This document shows, in pieces, positions 1 through 9,802 of a stretch of DNA of 64,000 bases (the first letter of the stretch is position 1; every line of letters starts with the position of its first letter). The notes below the pieces were generated by a model. That model was not told where the DNA came from and searched no databases. It was given only the letters and a program-made list of their open reading frames with translations. The stretch covers positions 87,577 to 151,576 of the forward strand of contig JBARMB010000050.1 in the NCBI GenBank assembly GCA_049802235.1, given 5' to 3'. The translations under genes were made by a program, and so were the position numbers. The DNA comes from Burkholderiales bacterium. GTDB lineage: Bacteria; Pseudomonadota; Gammaproteobacteria; Burkholderiales; SG8-39.

Positions 1-108
1 TATGCGAAGGAACACCGGATCGTCGCCTCGCGCCGGATCGAGAAGCTGGCCGGAGAGTCGCTGCTCGCGGGATACAACGCCATACAGACGCAACCGATCC
101 ATGCCTGA
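1..108 (+). CDS. 3' end of an upstream gene (partial; product not determinable from 35 aa)
   Basis: Frame 1 reads YAKEHRIVASRRIEKLAGESLLAGYNAIQTQPIHA-stop with mostly G/C third positions. The stop TGA 106-108 overlaps the next ATG (ATGCCTGA), suggesting translational coupling. The ORF is truncated by the window edge, so it is absent from the ORF track. Confidence 0.4.
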   Translation, partial: YAKEHRIVASRRIEKLAGESLLAGYNAIQTQPIHA

Positions 109-1285
109 AGAGGGCCGCCTCGCCGAAAACGTCATGCACTTCGCGCGCGTGCTGCGCGCGGCGGGGCTGCCGATCGGACCCGACCGCGTGATCGACGCGG
201 TGCGCGCGGTCGAAGTCGCGGGTGTGCAGCGGCGCGACGATTTCTATTGGACCCTCGCCGCCGTGTTCCTCGCCCGGCGCGAGCAGTTCGAGATGTTCGA
301 CCAGGCTTTCCACATTTTCTGGCGCGATCCGAAGATGCTCGAGCGCGTCATGGCGATGATGCTGCCGCAGGTGTACGGGCGCCATACGAAGGTCGACGCC
401 GAGCCGCCTTCGAACCGCATCGCCGATGCGCTCTATCCCAAGCCGGAGAAACCGAAGGCCGAGAGCGAGCCGCAGGAGGTTCAGCTCGACGCCGCGCTGA
501 CGTTCTCCGCGCGCGAGGTGCTGCAGCACGCCGACTTCGAGACCATGACCAACGAGGAACTGGCGCAGGCGAAGAAAATGATCGCTAAGCTGCGCCTGCC
601 GATCCCCGAGATCCGCACGCGGCGCTTCTACGCCGACCCGCACGGCGCCCGGGCGGACCTGCGCGCGACGCTGCGCGCGAGCCTGCGCGGCGGCAGCCAG
701 CTCATATCCCTGCGCAAGCGCTCGCCGGCGCGCCGCCACCCGCCGCTGGTGGTGCTGTGCGACGTGTCCGGCTCGATGAGCCGCTACTCGAGGATGTTCC
801 TGCACTTCCTGCACGCGATCACCAGCGACCGCGACCGCGTGACGAGCTTCGTCTTCGGCACGCGCCTCACCAACATCACGCGCCACCTGCGCCATCGCGA
901 CGTCGACGTCGCCATGACCGGGATCGCCGACGCCATCGCCGACTGGTCCGGCGGCACGCGCATCGGCAACTGCCTCGCCGAGTTCAACCTGCGCTGGTCG
1001 CGCCGCGTGCTGGGGCAGAACGCCGTGGTGCTGATGATCTCCGACGGCCTCGACGGCGACGTCGGCGAGGGACTCGCCGCGCAGATGGAGCGGCTGCACA
1101 AGTCGTGCCGCAAGCTCATCTGGCTGAACCCGCTGCTGCGCTACGAGGGGTTCGAGGCGCGGCCGGCGGGCGTGCGCGCGATGCTGCCGCACGTGGACGA
1201 GTTCCTGCCGGTGCACAACGTCGCCAGCCTCGTCGACCTCGCGCGGGCGCTCGAGGGTTCGCACGAGCATCGGCGCGCGGCCTGA
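101..1285 (+). CDS. VWA-domain protein, CoxE-like (accessory protein of molybdenum hydroxylase/CO-dehydrogenase-type clusters)
   Basis: Translation from ATG 101 begins MPEEGRLAENVMHFARVLRAAGLPIGPDRV, a CoxE-like N-terminus. A C-terminal VWA domain carries the MIDAS-type motif VVLCDVSGSMSRYS. The longer ORF-track start at position 2 lies inside the upstream gene's end. Confidence 0.8.
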   Translation: MPEEGRLAENVMHFARVLRAAGLPIGPDRVIDAVRAVEVAGVQRRDDFYWTLAAVFLARREQFEMFDQAFHIFWRDPKMLERVMAMMLPQVYGRHTKVDAEPPSNRIADALYPKPEKPKAESEPQEVQLDAALTFSAREVLQHADFETMTNEELAQAKKMIAKLRLPIPEIRTRRFYADPHGARADLRATLRASLRGGSQLISLRKRSPARRHPPLVVLCDVSGSMSRYSRMFLHFLHAITSDRDRVTSFVFGTRLTNITRHLRHRDVDVAMTGIADAIADWSGGTRIGNCLAEFNLRWSRRVLGQNAVVLMISDGLDGDVGEGLAAQMERLHKSCRKLIWLNPLLRYEGFEARPAGVRAMLPHVDEFLPVHNVASLVDLARALEGSHEHRRAA

Positions 1286-1323
1286 GCGGCGCACGCCTTC
1301 GATCCCCGCAGAGGAGGAGACCA

Positions 1324-2304
1324 GTGAATTCATTCCGATCGCTATGCGTCGCCGCGCTGCATCTCGCGGTCGCCGCAACCGCCTGCGCGCAGGACCCGGC
1401 GGCACATTATCCGGGCCGCACCATCCGCATCATCGTGCCGTTTCCTGCGGGCGGCGCGGCGGACGCGCTGCCGCGCATCGTCGGCGAGAGGCTCACCGCG
1501 AAATGGGGCCAGCCGGTGATCGTCGAGAACCGCGCCGGCGCCAGCGGCTCGATCGGCGCGGAAGCGGTGTTCAAGGCCGAGCCCGACGGCTACGTGCTGC
1601 TGTCGACGCCGCCCGCGCCGCTCGTCATCAATCCGAGCCTGTACAGGAAACTCCCCTACGACCCGACGCAGTTCGTCCCGGTCACGGTAATGGCGGCGAT
1701 CCCGAGCGTGCTGCTGGTGAACCCGGCAAAGGTGCCCGCGAACTCGCTTCAGGAGTTCGTGGCGCTGGTGCGCGCCAACCCGGACAGATTCAACTACGCC
1801 TCACAGGGGACGACCACCGTCTCGTTCCTCACCACCGAGATGTTCAAGGCGGCGGCGGGGGGACTGAAGATCACGCAAGTGCCCTACAAGGGCACCGGAC
1901 CCGGGCTCGCGGCGCTGCTCGCGGGCGAGGTGGACATCATGTTCGACAACCTCGGCGTGACGGTGCCGCAGATACGCGCCGGCAGGCTGAAGGCGCTCGC
2001 CGTGGCCGGCGAGCGGCGCGTCGCCTCGCTCCCCGACGTGCCGGCGATGGCGGAGTTCTACCCGGGCTTCGTCTCGGTCGCCTGGTTCGGCGTCGTGGCG
2101 CCGCCGAAGACGCCGCCGGAAATCGCGGCGAAACTCTCCGCCGCGATCATCGACGTGCTCAGGCAGCCCGAGGTGGCGAAGCGCCTCGCCGGCCTCTCGG
2201 CGGAGATCGTCGCGAGCACGCCGGCGGAAATGAAGAAGATCATGACCGAGGACGCCGAGCGCTGGCGCGGCGTCATCGGCGCGGCGAACGTGAAAGTCGA
2301 GTGA
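1324..2304 (+). CDS. Bug-family (TctC-like) tripartite tricarboxylate transporter substrate-binding protein
   Basis: GTG start at 1324 preceded by GAGGAGGAGA. A signal peptide (VNSFRSLCVAALHLAVAATACAQ) is followed by the Bug hallmark RIIVPFPAGGAADALPR. Confidence 0.85.
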   Translation: MNSFRSLCVAALHLAVAATACAQDPAAHYPGRTIRIIVPFPAGGAADALPRIVGERLTAKWGQPVIVENRAGASGSIGAEAVFKAEPDGYVLLSTPPAPLVINPSLYRKLPYDPTQFVPVTVMAAIPSVLLVNPAKVPANSLQEFVALVRANPDRFNYASQGTTTVSFLTTEMFKAAAGGLKITQVPYKGTGPGLAALLAGEVDIMFDNLGVTVPQIRAGRLKALAVAGERRVASLPDVPAMAEFYPGFVSVAWFGVVAPPKTPPEIAAKLSAAIIDVLRQPEVAKRLAGLSAEIVASTPAEMKKIMTEDAERWRGVIGAANVKVE

Positions 2305-2581
2305 CGCGGAACGTCTTCCCGCGTGCGCCTGTGAGCGGATCGCGGGGGCGGGCCGGGCTGAAATATGCAGACAGGCTGCGGCGTTGCTCCAGTGGGAGCC
2401 AAACAAGTGAGGCCGCAATCTGACAATTGCCATCTATCACGGTCGGCAATGACGACTCAATCATGCAATGTTTTGATAATGAAGGCTCTTGGCGACAAGA
2501 CCGAAGAATCGCGCTTATGATAGATGGCGGTTTTGCCATCTATTGGATAGTTATACTTCACGAGAGAGACTCGCGAATCGC

Positions 2582-2992
2582 ATGGCGCCGAAGGTTCTTG
2601 CAGACCGGCTGGATCACTTCGTCCTCACGGTCAACGACATCGAGGAAACCACGAGGTTCTACGAACGCGCCCTCGGATTCAACAGGGAGTTCTTTCGCGG
2701 ACCGGACGGGCAGCCGCGGCATGCACTGCGCTTCGGCAATCAGAAGATCAACCTTCAGGACCGCACCACCGATACCCCGACCAAGGCAAAGGCCCCCACG
2801 TTCGGGTCGGGCGATTTCTGTGTTGTCGCAGCCGTTCCGCTGGACCAGGTGCTCGCGCGCCTGCGCGCGGAGAACATCCCGATCGTGGCCGGTCCGGTTC
2901 CGAGATGGGGCGCCCTCGGACCGCTGCGTTCCATCTACTTTCGCGACCCTGACGGCAACCTCGTCGAGATCGCGGAGTACGCCGGCCGGTAA
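2582..2992 (+). CDS. VOC (glyoxalase/bleomycin-resistance/dioxygenase) family protein
   Basis: MAPKVLADRLDHFVLTVNDIEETTRFYERALGF...YFRDPDGNLVEI matches the VOC-fold pattern. The internal ATG at 2582 is chosen because the upstream part of the ORF is AT-rich, repeat-containing spacer. Confidence 0.75.
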   Translation: MAPKVLADRLDHFVLTVNDIEETTRFYERALGFNREFFRGPDGQPRHALRFGNQKINLQDRTTDTPTKAKAPTFGSGDFCVVAAVPLDQVLARLRAENIPIVAGPVPRWGALGPLRSIYFRDPDGNLVEIAEYAGR

Positions 2993-3002
2993 AGGGCGCG
3001 GT

Positions 3003-3479
3003 TCAGAGCGGAATGGCAAGCAGCGTATCGATGCTGCGGCTGTCGAGCACCACGACCCGCTCTTCGAACTGCGGCCGGCCGCCGTCGCCGTTCAGGCGGA
3101 TGCGGTCGAGGTAGCGGCCGCTCGCGAACAGCATCGATTCGCCGGTGTGCATGATGCGCACCACCTGGAAGCCCGACACCGCGCGCGCCGTGTCCGCGTC
3201 GAGACGCTCGACCAGCGTGCACGACACGCCGTGGCGGTAGCGCTGCGCCTCGTAGACGTTGGCGTGCCGCAGGGCGCTCACGCGGTCGCGCAGCATGGCG
3301 CGCGAATCGGCGTAGATGATGGGCAGCGGCAGGTCGCGCTCGAAATTCTCCGCGGTGGTGATGCGGTAGCGGCCGTTCTCGACGAAGAAACCCGGCCAGT
3401 CTTCGAGCCGGTCGTCGTCGATCGCGTGCGCGTAGCGCGCGAGGAGGTTTTCGATTTTGAGCTGCAACTCGATATCCAT
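3003..3479 (-). CDS. Aromatic-ring-hydroxylating dioxygenase, beta (small) subunit
   Basis: 158 aa with an NTF2-like small-subunit pattern (IENLLARYAHAIDDDRLEDWPGFF...). It lies 4 nt downstream of the alpha subunit on the same strand. Confidence 0.85.
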   Translation of the reverse strand: MDIELQLKIENLLARYAHAIDDDRLEDWPGFFVENGRYRITTAENFERDLPLPIIYADSRAMLRDRVSALRHANVYEAQRYRHGVSCTLVERLDADTARAVSGFQVVRIMHTGESMLFASGRYLDRIRLNGDGGRPQFEERVVVLDSRSIDTLLAIPL

Positions 3480-3483
3480 CCGG

Positions 3484-4719
3484 CTACAGTCCCATGTGCC
3501 GGCGGTACGCCTGCCACAAGCCCCTCACCGAGGTCTCGGTGACGCGCGACTCGTCCGAGGCGACACCGGCCCCGCCCATTTCGATCACCGCGGCGCGCTC
3601 CGGCGCGCCCTGAACGCCGCGCTGCACGAAGCCGGTGGCGGCGCCGTCTTCCATCGAGATGAACCCCGCCGGGCCGATGAAATTGGCCTGCTTCAGGCGC
3701 CGCTCCGCCATAGCCGCGTCGTCACTCTCGAAACCGAAGCAGGTCCACACCAGTTCGGTCCGGCACACGCCCTTGGGCAGCACCTGGCGCACCGCGAGGC
3801 TGTTCATGATCTGCTGCAGCACGAAGCCCGGGAACACCGCCAGGATCTGCAGCGTGATGCCGTCGCCGATCTCGTCCACCGAATCGAGCAGCGCCGGCGC
3901 TTCGAGCCGGTAGGCGTCCTTCGCCGAGCGCATCCCGGCCTTCTCGTATTCGTCGCCGCGCGCATCGGTCCTCATCATGGTGAAGCTGACGTGGTTGCCG
4001 CCGTCGCCGCCGACGATGACCCCGCCCTTCTGCGACAGCCGGTTCAGCCGGAACGTGGCGAAGAACGTGTGCAGCAGGCTCGCGTGGTAAGTGTCCTTGA
4101 CGTTGTCGAGATACAGCTTCCAGTTGTTGGGAAAGATCTGGCTGTAGCCGCCGAGCAGCTTCACCGGCGCCTTCATCACCCGCCGGATGCGCTGCAGTAT
4201 CTCCGGCCCGAGATAGTCCTCCAGCGGCGGCGTCGCCCCGGAGAGCGTCGCGAACATCAGCCCGCAGAACGTCGCCACGCGCAGCTTCCGCGGCCCATGG
4301 CATTCCGGCTTCGCATCGGCCGGCATTCCGCCCTTGCCCTGGATACCGCGCCGGAAAGCCACGCCGGTGAGGTCGCCCCGCAGATTGTAGGTCCAGTTGT
4401 GATAGACGCAGACGATCTCCCTGACGTTGCCGCGCTGCTTCAGGCACAGCAGCGCGCCGCGGTGCGCGCAGCGGTTCTCGAAGCAGCGCAGCTCGCCCGC
4501 TTCGTCGCGCGTCACCACCACCGGCATGTCGCCGACAAACGTGGTCTTGAAGTCCCCCGCATCGGGCAGCTCGGCCTCGAGCCCGAGAAAATTCCAGGCC
4601 GCGCCGCGGAAGACCCGCTCCTGCTCGCGGGCGTAGATTGCCTCGTCCTGGTAAACCCAGTACGGAACCCGGGTAATGCCTTCGGCGGGCCAGACGCGGG
4701 GCTCAGACACAGCGGACAC
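3484..4719 (-). CDS. Rieske non-heme iron oxygenase, alpha (large) subunit
   Basis: Rieske 2Fe-2S motif CAHRGALLC...CVYHNWTY. The catalytic domain contains DTYHASLLH. GTG start at 4719. Confidence 0.9.
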   Translation of the reverse strand: MSAVSEPRVWPAEGITRVPYWVYQDEAIYAREQERVFRGAAWNFLGLEAELPDAGDFKTTFVGDMPVVVTRDEAGELRCFENRCAHRGALLCLKQRGNVREIVCVYHNWTYNLRGDLTGVAFRRGIQGKGGMPADAKPECHGPRKLRVATFCGLMFATLSGATPPLEDYLGPEILQRIRRVMKAPVKLLGGYSQIFPNNWKLYLDNVKDTYHASLLHTFFATFRLNRLSQKGGVIVGGDGGNHVSFTMMRTDARGDEYEKAGMRSAKDAYRLEAPALLDSVDEIGDGITLQILAVFPGFVLQQIMNSLAVRQVLPKGVCRTELVWTCFGFESDDAAMAERRLKQANFIGPAGFISMEDGAATGFVQRGVQGAPERAAVIEMGGAGVASDESRVTETSVRGLWQAYRRHMGL

Positions 4720-4791
4720 GGAAACCTCGGCGGAGTAGGTGCAATAAATCTGTCTTGGGCGCGATACGCAGCGCCCGTGGACAAGAAATGT

Positions 4792-5832
4792 TCACACCTT
4801 CCTGCCGGGGTGGCCGCGTCGGGTCAGCAGCGCGTCGAGACGTGGATAGACGCGGCGGGCGTTGCCCTCGAAGATCTTATAGCGGCTCTCATCGCTCAAG
4901 GCCTTGACCTGGTCGACGTAGCGTTTGGTGTCGTCGTAATAGTGACCGGTCTGCGGATCGATGCCCTTCACCGCGCCGACCATTTCCGAGGCGAACAGGA
5001 TGTTGTCTATGGGAATGACCTGGGTGAGCAGCTCGATACCCGGCAGATGATAAACGCAGGTGTCGAACCAGACGTTGCTCAGCAGATATTCGGCGAGCGG
5101 CGGTTTACCCATGTCCTGGCACAGGCCGCGGTAGCGGCCCCAGTGGTACGGTACCGCGCCGCCGCCGTGCGGGATGACGAATTTCAGCGTCGGGAAATCC
5201 TTGAACAGATTACCCTGGATGAGCTGCATGAAGGCGGTCGTGTCGCCGTTGATGTAATGCGCGCCGGTGTGGTGGAAATTCGGATTGCAGGACGAGGACA
5301 CGTGGATCATTGCCGGCACTTCGAGCTCGCACAGCTTCTCGTAGATCGGGTACCAGTGCTTGTCGATGAGCGGCGGATCGGTCCAGTAGCCGCCCGAGGG
5401 GTCGGGATTGAGGTTGACGCCGACGAAACCGAGCTCCTTCACGATGCGCTCGAGCTCGGGAATGCAGTTCTTCGGCGATACGCCGGGAAACTGCGGCAGC
5501 TGGCCGACGCCGACGAAATTATCCGGCAGCAGCCTGCAGATGCGGTGGATGAGGTCGTTGCAGATCGTCGACCATTCCCTGCTGATCGCCTCGGTGCCGA
5601 CGTGATGCGCCATGCCGCCGGCGCGCGGCGAGAAGATAGTGAGATCGCTGCCGCGCTCATTCTGGAACTTGAGCTGCGGCGCGACGCTCTTCACCAGCAC
5701 CTCGTCGCCGATGCCCAGATCGGTCGAGGCCGGCTTGCGGGCGGAATCGGCGAGCCCGGCGAGCTGCTTGTCGCGGAACAAGTGGAGCGCCTGCGGCTCG
5801 GTGGTGTAATGGCCGTGGATATCGATGATCAT
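4792..5832 (-). CDS. Amidohydrolase-2 family enzyme (LigJ/ACMSD-like hydratase or decarboxylase)
   Basis: N-terminal MIIDIHGHY metal-binding motif, then NPDPSGGYW...WYPIYEKLCELEVPAMIHV...HGGGAVPY. From memory this resembles LigJ-type 4-oxalomesaconate hydratase. The substrate is not established. Confidence 0.75.
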   Translation of the reverse strand: MIIDIHGHYTTEPQALHLFRDKQLAGLADSARKPASTDLGIGDEVLVKSVAPQLKFQNERGSDLTIFSPRAGGMAHHVGTEAISREWSTICNDLIHRICRLLPDNFVGVGQLPQFPGVSPKNCIPELERIVKELGFVGVNLNPDPSGGYWTDPPLIDKHWYPIYEKLCELEVPAMIHVSSSCNPNFHHTGAHYINGDTTAFMQLIQGNLFKDFPTLKFVIPHGGGAVPYHWGRYRGLCQDMGKPPLAEYLLSNVWFDTCVYHLPGIELLTQVIPIDNILFASEMVGAVKGIDPQTGHYYDDTKRYVDQVKALSDESRYKIFEGNARRVYPRLDALLTRRGHPGRKV

Positions 5833-5881
5833 GGAATGACAGTCTCTGGGTTGAACGATGAAACCGATGCGGGCGGAGGCG

Positions 5882-6745
5882 CTAGCGCGGCGCGGCGATC
5901 ACGCTATCGAGGAACTGGAGCACCCGCGCAGGAGCCGTTTCCTCCGTCTGGCCGGCGACGGGGACGTCCCAGTACTCCGCGCGCGGCAGGCATTCTTCCA
6001 GATACCTCGCCGCCGAGGTCGCGTGCGAGTCGTCGTGGCCCGGAATGACGAGCGCCGGGATGTCCAGGCGGAGCAAATCCTCGGGCTCGGCGCCCGGAGC
6101 GGTATCCCGATCGAGGAGCGTGCGGCCCATGTCGGCGACCAGGAGCTGGTACTTATCCACGTCTTCCCTGGCATAGGACTCGGCAAAGGCGCGGTCATGC
6201 CGGATGACCGCGGCCCATGGCCCGCCTCTCGGGTCGGCACCGAACGGCTTGCCTTCCTGGGTGACCAGCGAGACGACCTGCTGCAGGCCGTGCTGCTGCA
6301 CATACGCCAGATGTTCCGCAAAGCGCTGCCGCCCCTTGATGCGGTATTTGGCGCCGCCCACGGGCCAATAGAGCACCATGCTGAGCGTGGCCTGCGGATA
6401 GGCGACGCCAAACGCGACCACCGGGCAGCAACCCATGCAGCCGCCCATGAGGTGGGCGCGCTTGATGTTCAGATGGTCCAGCAGCCCCTTGCCCTGCGCC
6501 ACGTAGTGGGCCCAGGTCAGGTGCTCGACCCGGCCGCCCGACTGGCCGCACTCGCGCCGGTCGAAGACGATGCAGGTGTATTTCTTCGGCAGGTGGTCAA
6601 GGAGCCTGATGCGGGCGTACACGCCGAGCGTGCTCCACCTCTCCAGCGTGGCGTCGAATCCACCGGGCGAGTACATCAACAACGGCGGCCCGGAGCCCAC
6701 CACCTCGTAGCGTGTGGCGATGCCATCGATGATCGCGGTGGGCAT
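5882..6745 (-). CDS. Alpha/beta-fold hydrolase
   Basis: 287 aa with GSGPPLLMYSPGG near the N-terminus and a nucleophile-elbow-like HLMGGCMGC. The overall length fits meta-cleavage-product hydrolase-like proteins. Confidence 0.7.
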   Translation of the reverse strand: MPTAIIDGIATRYEVVGSGPPLLMYSPGGFDATLERWSTLGVYARIRLLDHLPKKYTCIVFDRRECGQSGGRVEHLTWAHYVAQGKGLLDHLNIKRAHLMGGCMGCCPVVAFGVAYPQATLSMVLYWPVGGAKYRIKGRQRFAEHLAYVQQHGLQQVVSLVTQEGKPFGADPRGGPWAAVIRHDRAFAESYAREDVDKYQLLVADMGRTLLDRDTAPGAEPEDLLRLDIPALVIPGHDDSHATSAARYLEECLPRAEYWDVPVAGQTEETAPARVLQFLDSVIAAPR

Positions 6746-6757
6746 GGCGCGATCGGG

Positions 6758-7573
6758 TCAGGTCTTGATCTGGCGCGCCGCGCGCACGTCTTCAGCCAGG
6801 GCCGAAAAAGCGTCGAGCGCGATCCTGGCGACATTGGCATAGCCCCCGGGCTTGTCGATGGCGCTGGCCGCATAGCCGATGGCGGCATGCGCCATTCGCA
6901 CCCGCCCATCGAGCCAAGGCCCGCCGCCGAATCCGCCGATCACCGGTATTCCCACCGCACTGACCACTGCAGCGCCTGCCACCGGCCCGGAATTGGTGAA
7001 GTCCAGCAGGGCGGCACCCGCCGCCTCGAGGCGCTTTGCCTGTTCGACGAGCTTCGCCGCCATTCCTGCCGGCGCCTGTGCTCCGGCCGCCGCCTGGGCA
7101 CTGTAGGAGATGCCGAATTGCAGGGCGGTCTGCGGAGTAAGCCCGAATTGCGCCCAGACCGGAATACCCGCACGGGTGAGCGCAGTGACCGCCTCGGGAA
7201 AATCGGCTGCGCCGTCCAGCTTGATCATGTCCGCGCCCGCCTCTTTGACGATGCGGATGGCAGCGCGCACTGTGCTGTCCACGCCCTCCTGCAGCGGACC
7301 GAAGGGAAAGTCGCAGCTGACGAGTGCCCGCTTCACGCCACGGCGCACGGCCTTGCAGACCACGAGCATCTCCTCCAGCGTGACCTCCAGGGGATTGGAA
7401 TGGCCCCACAAATTGACGCCCACCGAATCTCCCACAGAGACGATTTCCACCCCGGCACGGTCCGCGATCTGCGCGATCTGGTAGTCCCAGGCCACCACGC
7501 CGACAATTTTTCGTCCGTCGCGCTTCATCTGCTGAAGCGCAGGAATGGTGACAGCGGACTGCTCGGACTCCAT
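6758..7573 (-). CDS. PanB-family (3-methyl-2-oxobutanoate hydroxymethyltransferase-like) enzyme, catabolic paralogue
   Basis: From ATG 7573: MESEQSAVTIPALQQMKRDGRKIVGVVAWDY...SVGDSVGVNLWGH...GLTPQT...IPVIGGFGGG aligns with the PanB motif order. Upstream of 7573 the ORF track extends into non-coding sequence. Confidence 0.8.
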   Translation of the reverse strand: MESEQSAVTIPALQQMKRDGRKIVGVVAWDYQIAQIADRAGVEIVSVGDSVGVNLWGHSNPLEVTLEEMLVVCKAVRRGVKRALVSCDFPFGPLQEGVDSTVRAAIRIVKEAGADMIKLDGAADFPEAVTALTRAGIPVWAQFGLTPQTALQFGISYSAQAAAGAQAPAGMAAKLVEQAKRLEAAGAALLDFTNSGPVAGAAVVSAVGIPVIGGFGGGPWLDGRVRMAHAAIGYAASAIDKPGGYANVARIALDAFSALAEDVRAARQIKT

Positions 7574-7667
7574 GGTGGCTCCTCTTTCGCTCGGGTCGGG
7601 GCCCCACCGCGCCGGGCGGTGCGACTCCTGATTATAACGATTCCAACGAGACCAAATTCGCCCGGAA

Positions 7668-8612
7668 TCAGGCCGTGAGGCCGTGCGTGTTACGCGCAAA
7701 CAGCTCTCCCACCGTAACGGGGCGGGTGATGATGCCCTGCGTCAGGCTGTGCCGGATGATTTCCTCGAGGACCGACCGGTTGGGCGCGATGCCGTAGGGC
7801 AGCGGATCGCCCGTGATGTCCATCACCCGCCGGTGTACTTCGTCTACCTGGGTCGGCTTCGCAATCCGGCCGGCCTTGAGGCGCTGGATGTAGAGACGCT
7901 TCGCCTCGGCGAAGGCGTTGAAGATGTCCGCGGCCAGATCCGGGTGGGCGTCAAGGAGGTCGTCCTTGATCACGACCGTGTGGTTGATGGGGTAATGGCC
8001 GCGCTGGCGCAGGGCCGCAAGGCCCGCCTCCAGCGCATTGGGAATGAGAGGCTTCACGTCCGGGTGGTCCATCTCAACGCCGATGGCGGCGGCGATCTCC
8101 CCCGAAGCCACCAGGTCCCCCAGCTTCTTCCCTTTCTCAATGGGCACGACATTGACGGGGGGCCGGTACTCGGCCACATGCTCGTCGCCGGAGAGCATCC
8201 AGGTGATCTTGCCCAGGTCCACGCCGTGCTCCTGCTGCAGGACGCTTCGGGCCCACAGACCGGTGGTGACGGTGTAGCCGCGATTGACGCCAATCTTCTT
8301 GCCTTCCAGATCCTTGGGGCTCTTGATGCCGGCCTTGGTGTTGACCACGATGGCGCCGTGATGGAAGGCCCGCACCAGAAAGATGGGCAAGGCGGTCATG
8401 CGCTTCCCATGGGCGCGCGCGCACACGTAGGTGGTGATCGCCATCTCGCAGATGTCGAACTCCAGCCCCCGCACCATGCGGCGGAACGCGTCGATGAGGG
8501 GATTGACCTCTTCGAACTCGAACGCGAAGGTCCTGGGTTTGGCGCTGCCGTCCTTGAGCGCCTGGTTGTTTCCCTGGGTGCGGGTTACGGTCTTCAGCTT
8601 GAGTTCGGCCAT
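7668..8612 (-). CDS. Periplasmic-binding-fold (NMT1/PhtD-like) cytoplasmic protein, putative decarboxylase-family
   Basis: From ATG 8612: MAELKLKTVTRTQGNNQALKDG...EFDICEMAITTY...DLEGKKIGVNRGYT. There is no signal peptide. It shares the architecture of the paralogues at 8812 and 24468. Confidence 0.6.
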   Translation of the reverse strand: MAELKLKTVTRTQGNNQALKDGSAKPRTFAFEFEEVNPLIDAFRRMVRGLEFDICEMAITTYVCARAHGKRMTALPIFLVRAFHHGAIVVNTKAGIKSPKDLEGKKIGVNRGYTVTTGLWARSVLQQEHGVDLGKITWMLSGDEHVAEYRPPVNVVPIEKGKKLGDLVASGEIAAAIGVEMDHPDVKPLIPNALEAGLAALRQRGHYPINHTVVIKDDLLDAHPDLAADIFNAFAEAKRLYIQRLKAGRIAKPTQVDEVHRRVMDITGDPLPYGIAPNRSVLEEIIRHSLTQGIITRPVTVGELFARNTHGLTA

Positions 8613-8811
8613 GGGGCGCTTCGATTCAGGTGGACTGAGGAAGTCATGTCGCGGTTGAGCGCGCAGTGTATGCGTAACGTCCGCGGCGTGTCGAGCGAGA
8701 ACCGGAAACGGGGTGTGTCCTGATCTCCCCTGACCGTTCCCGCGTTCATATTGCGCGCCGAACAATTCCGCTATCATCGACACTGTACAAGCGAAAGCTC
8801 AAGGGGAGCCC

Positions 8812-9801
8812 ATGTCGCAACTGCGTCTTTCCATCGCGACCACGGATTACGATCATTTCCGCGATTTCAGGCTGGGCTGGGTCAAGGCCGAAGGCATCGA
8901 TCTCAATTGGCTCAATCTCGGCCACCACGAGTGCTTTGCGCGCTTCACGGCCCATCGCGAATTCGATTTATCCGAACTTTCCTTGGCGAAATTCACGACC
9001 CAGGTGACGCGCAAAGACAGCGACGTCATAGGCCTTCCGGTCGTCTGCTCGCGGCTGTTCCGCTTCAGCTCCTTCTATGTGAACAAGAAGAGCAAGATCA
9101 AAACCGTGCAGGATCTGAAGGGCAAGAAAATCGGCTCGCCGGAATGGGCGCATTCGGCGGCCGTGTATATGCGCGGCTGGATGCACAACGACATGGGCGT
9201 GAAGCTCACGGACGTGCACTGGGTCCAGGCGGGCGCGAACGCGCCCGGCCGCGAAGAAAAGGTCGAGCTCGATCTCCCCAAGGGGCTGAAGCTCACGCGC
9301 GTCGCCGACAAGTCCCTGAGCGAGTTGCTGGCCGCGGGCGAGATCGACTGCGCCATCATCGCGCGCCCGCCGAACTGTTTCCTGGAAGGCCATCCCGACG
9401 TGGTGCGCCTGTTTCCGGATTATCTCGGGATGGAAGAGGACTATTACGAACGGACCGGGGTCTGGCCGATCATGCACATCATTGCAATGAGGAGGCGGAT
9501 CCTGGAGGAGAATCCCTGGGCCGCGCGCAATCTCTACAATGCCTTCCTGGAATCGAAGCGCCGCAGCATCGAGCGCCTGCTCGATCCCGCCGTATCGCGC
9601 TATCCACTGGCGTGGCTTCCCACCTACGCGCGCAAGATGCGCGACCTGTTCGGCGGCGATCCGTTTCCCTACGGCATCGAGGAAAACCGTGCGACCTGGG
9701 AACAGATGGCGCTCTACACCTGGCAGCAGGGCATTGCCCACCGCCAATTCAAGCCCGAGGAAATTTTCCCCGAGGGCATCATGACCAAGGTGGTGATCTG
9801 A
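8812..9801 (+). CDS. 4,5-dihydroxyphthalate decarboxylase-family (PhtD-like) protein
   Basis: MSQLRLSIATTDYDHFRDFRLGWVKAEGIDLNWL...EFDLSELSLAKF is an N-terminal pattern typical of proteins annotated as PhtD-like. RBS AAGGGGA lies upstream. Confidence 0.65.
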   Translation: MSQLRLSIATTDYDHFRDFRLGWVKAEGIDLNWLNLGHHECFARFTAHREFDLSELSLAKFTTQVTRKDSDVIGLPVVCSRLFRFSSFYVNKKSKIKTVQDLKGKKIGSPEWAHSAAVYMRGWMHNDMGVKLTDVHWVQAGANAPGREEKVELDLPKGLKLTRVADKSLSELLAAGEIDCAIIARPPNCFLEGHPDVVRLFPDYLGMEEDYYERTGVWPIMHIIAMRRRILEENPWAARNLYNAFLESKRRSIERLLDPAVSRYPLAWLPTYARKMRDLFGGDPFPYGIEENRATWEQMALYTWQQGIAHRQFKPEEIFPEGIMTKVVI

Positions 9802-9802
9802 A

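Noticed and set aside
3457-6048. 863-aa plus-strand ORF spanning the Rieske alpha, amidohydrolase and hydrolase genes
   Set aside because: It is antisense to three well-supported genes with clear family motifs. The translation is Arg/Ala/His/Gly-rich low-complexity sequence without recognisable motifs, the typical high-GC shadow ORF.
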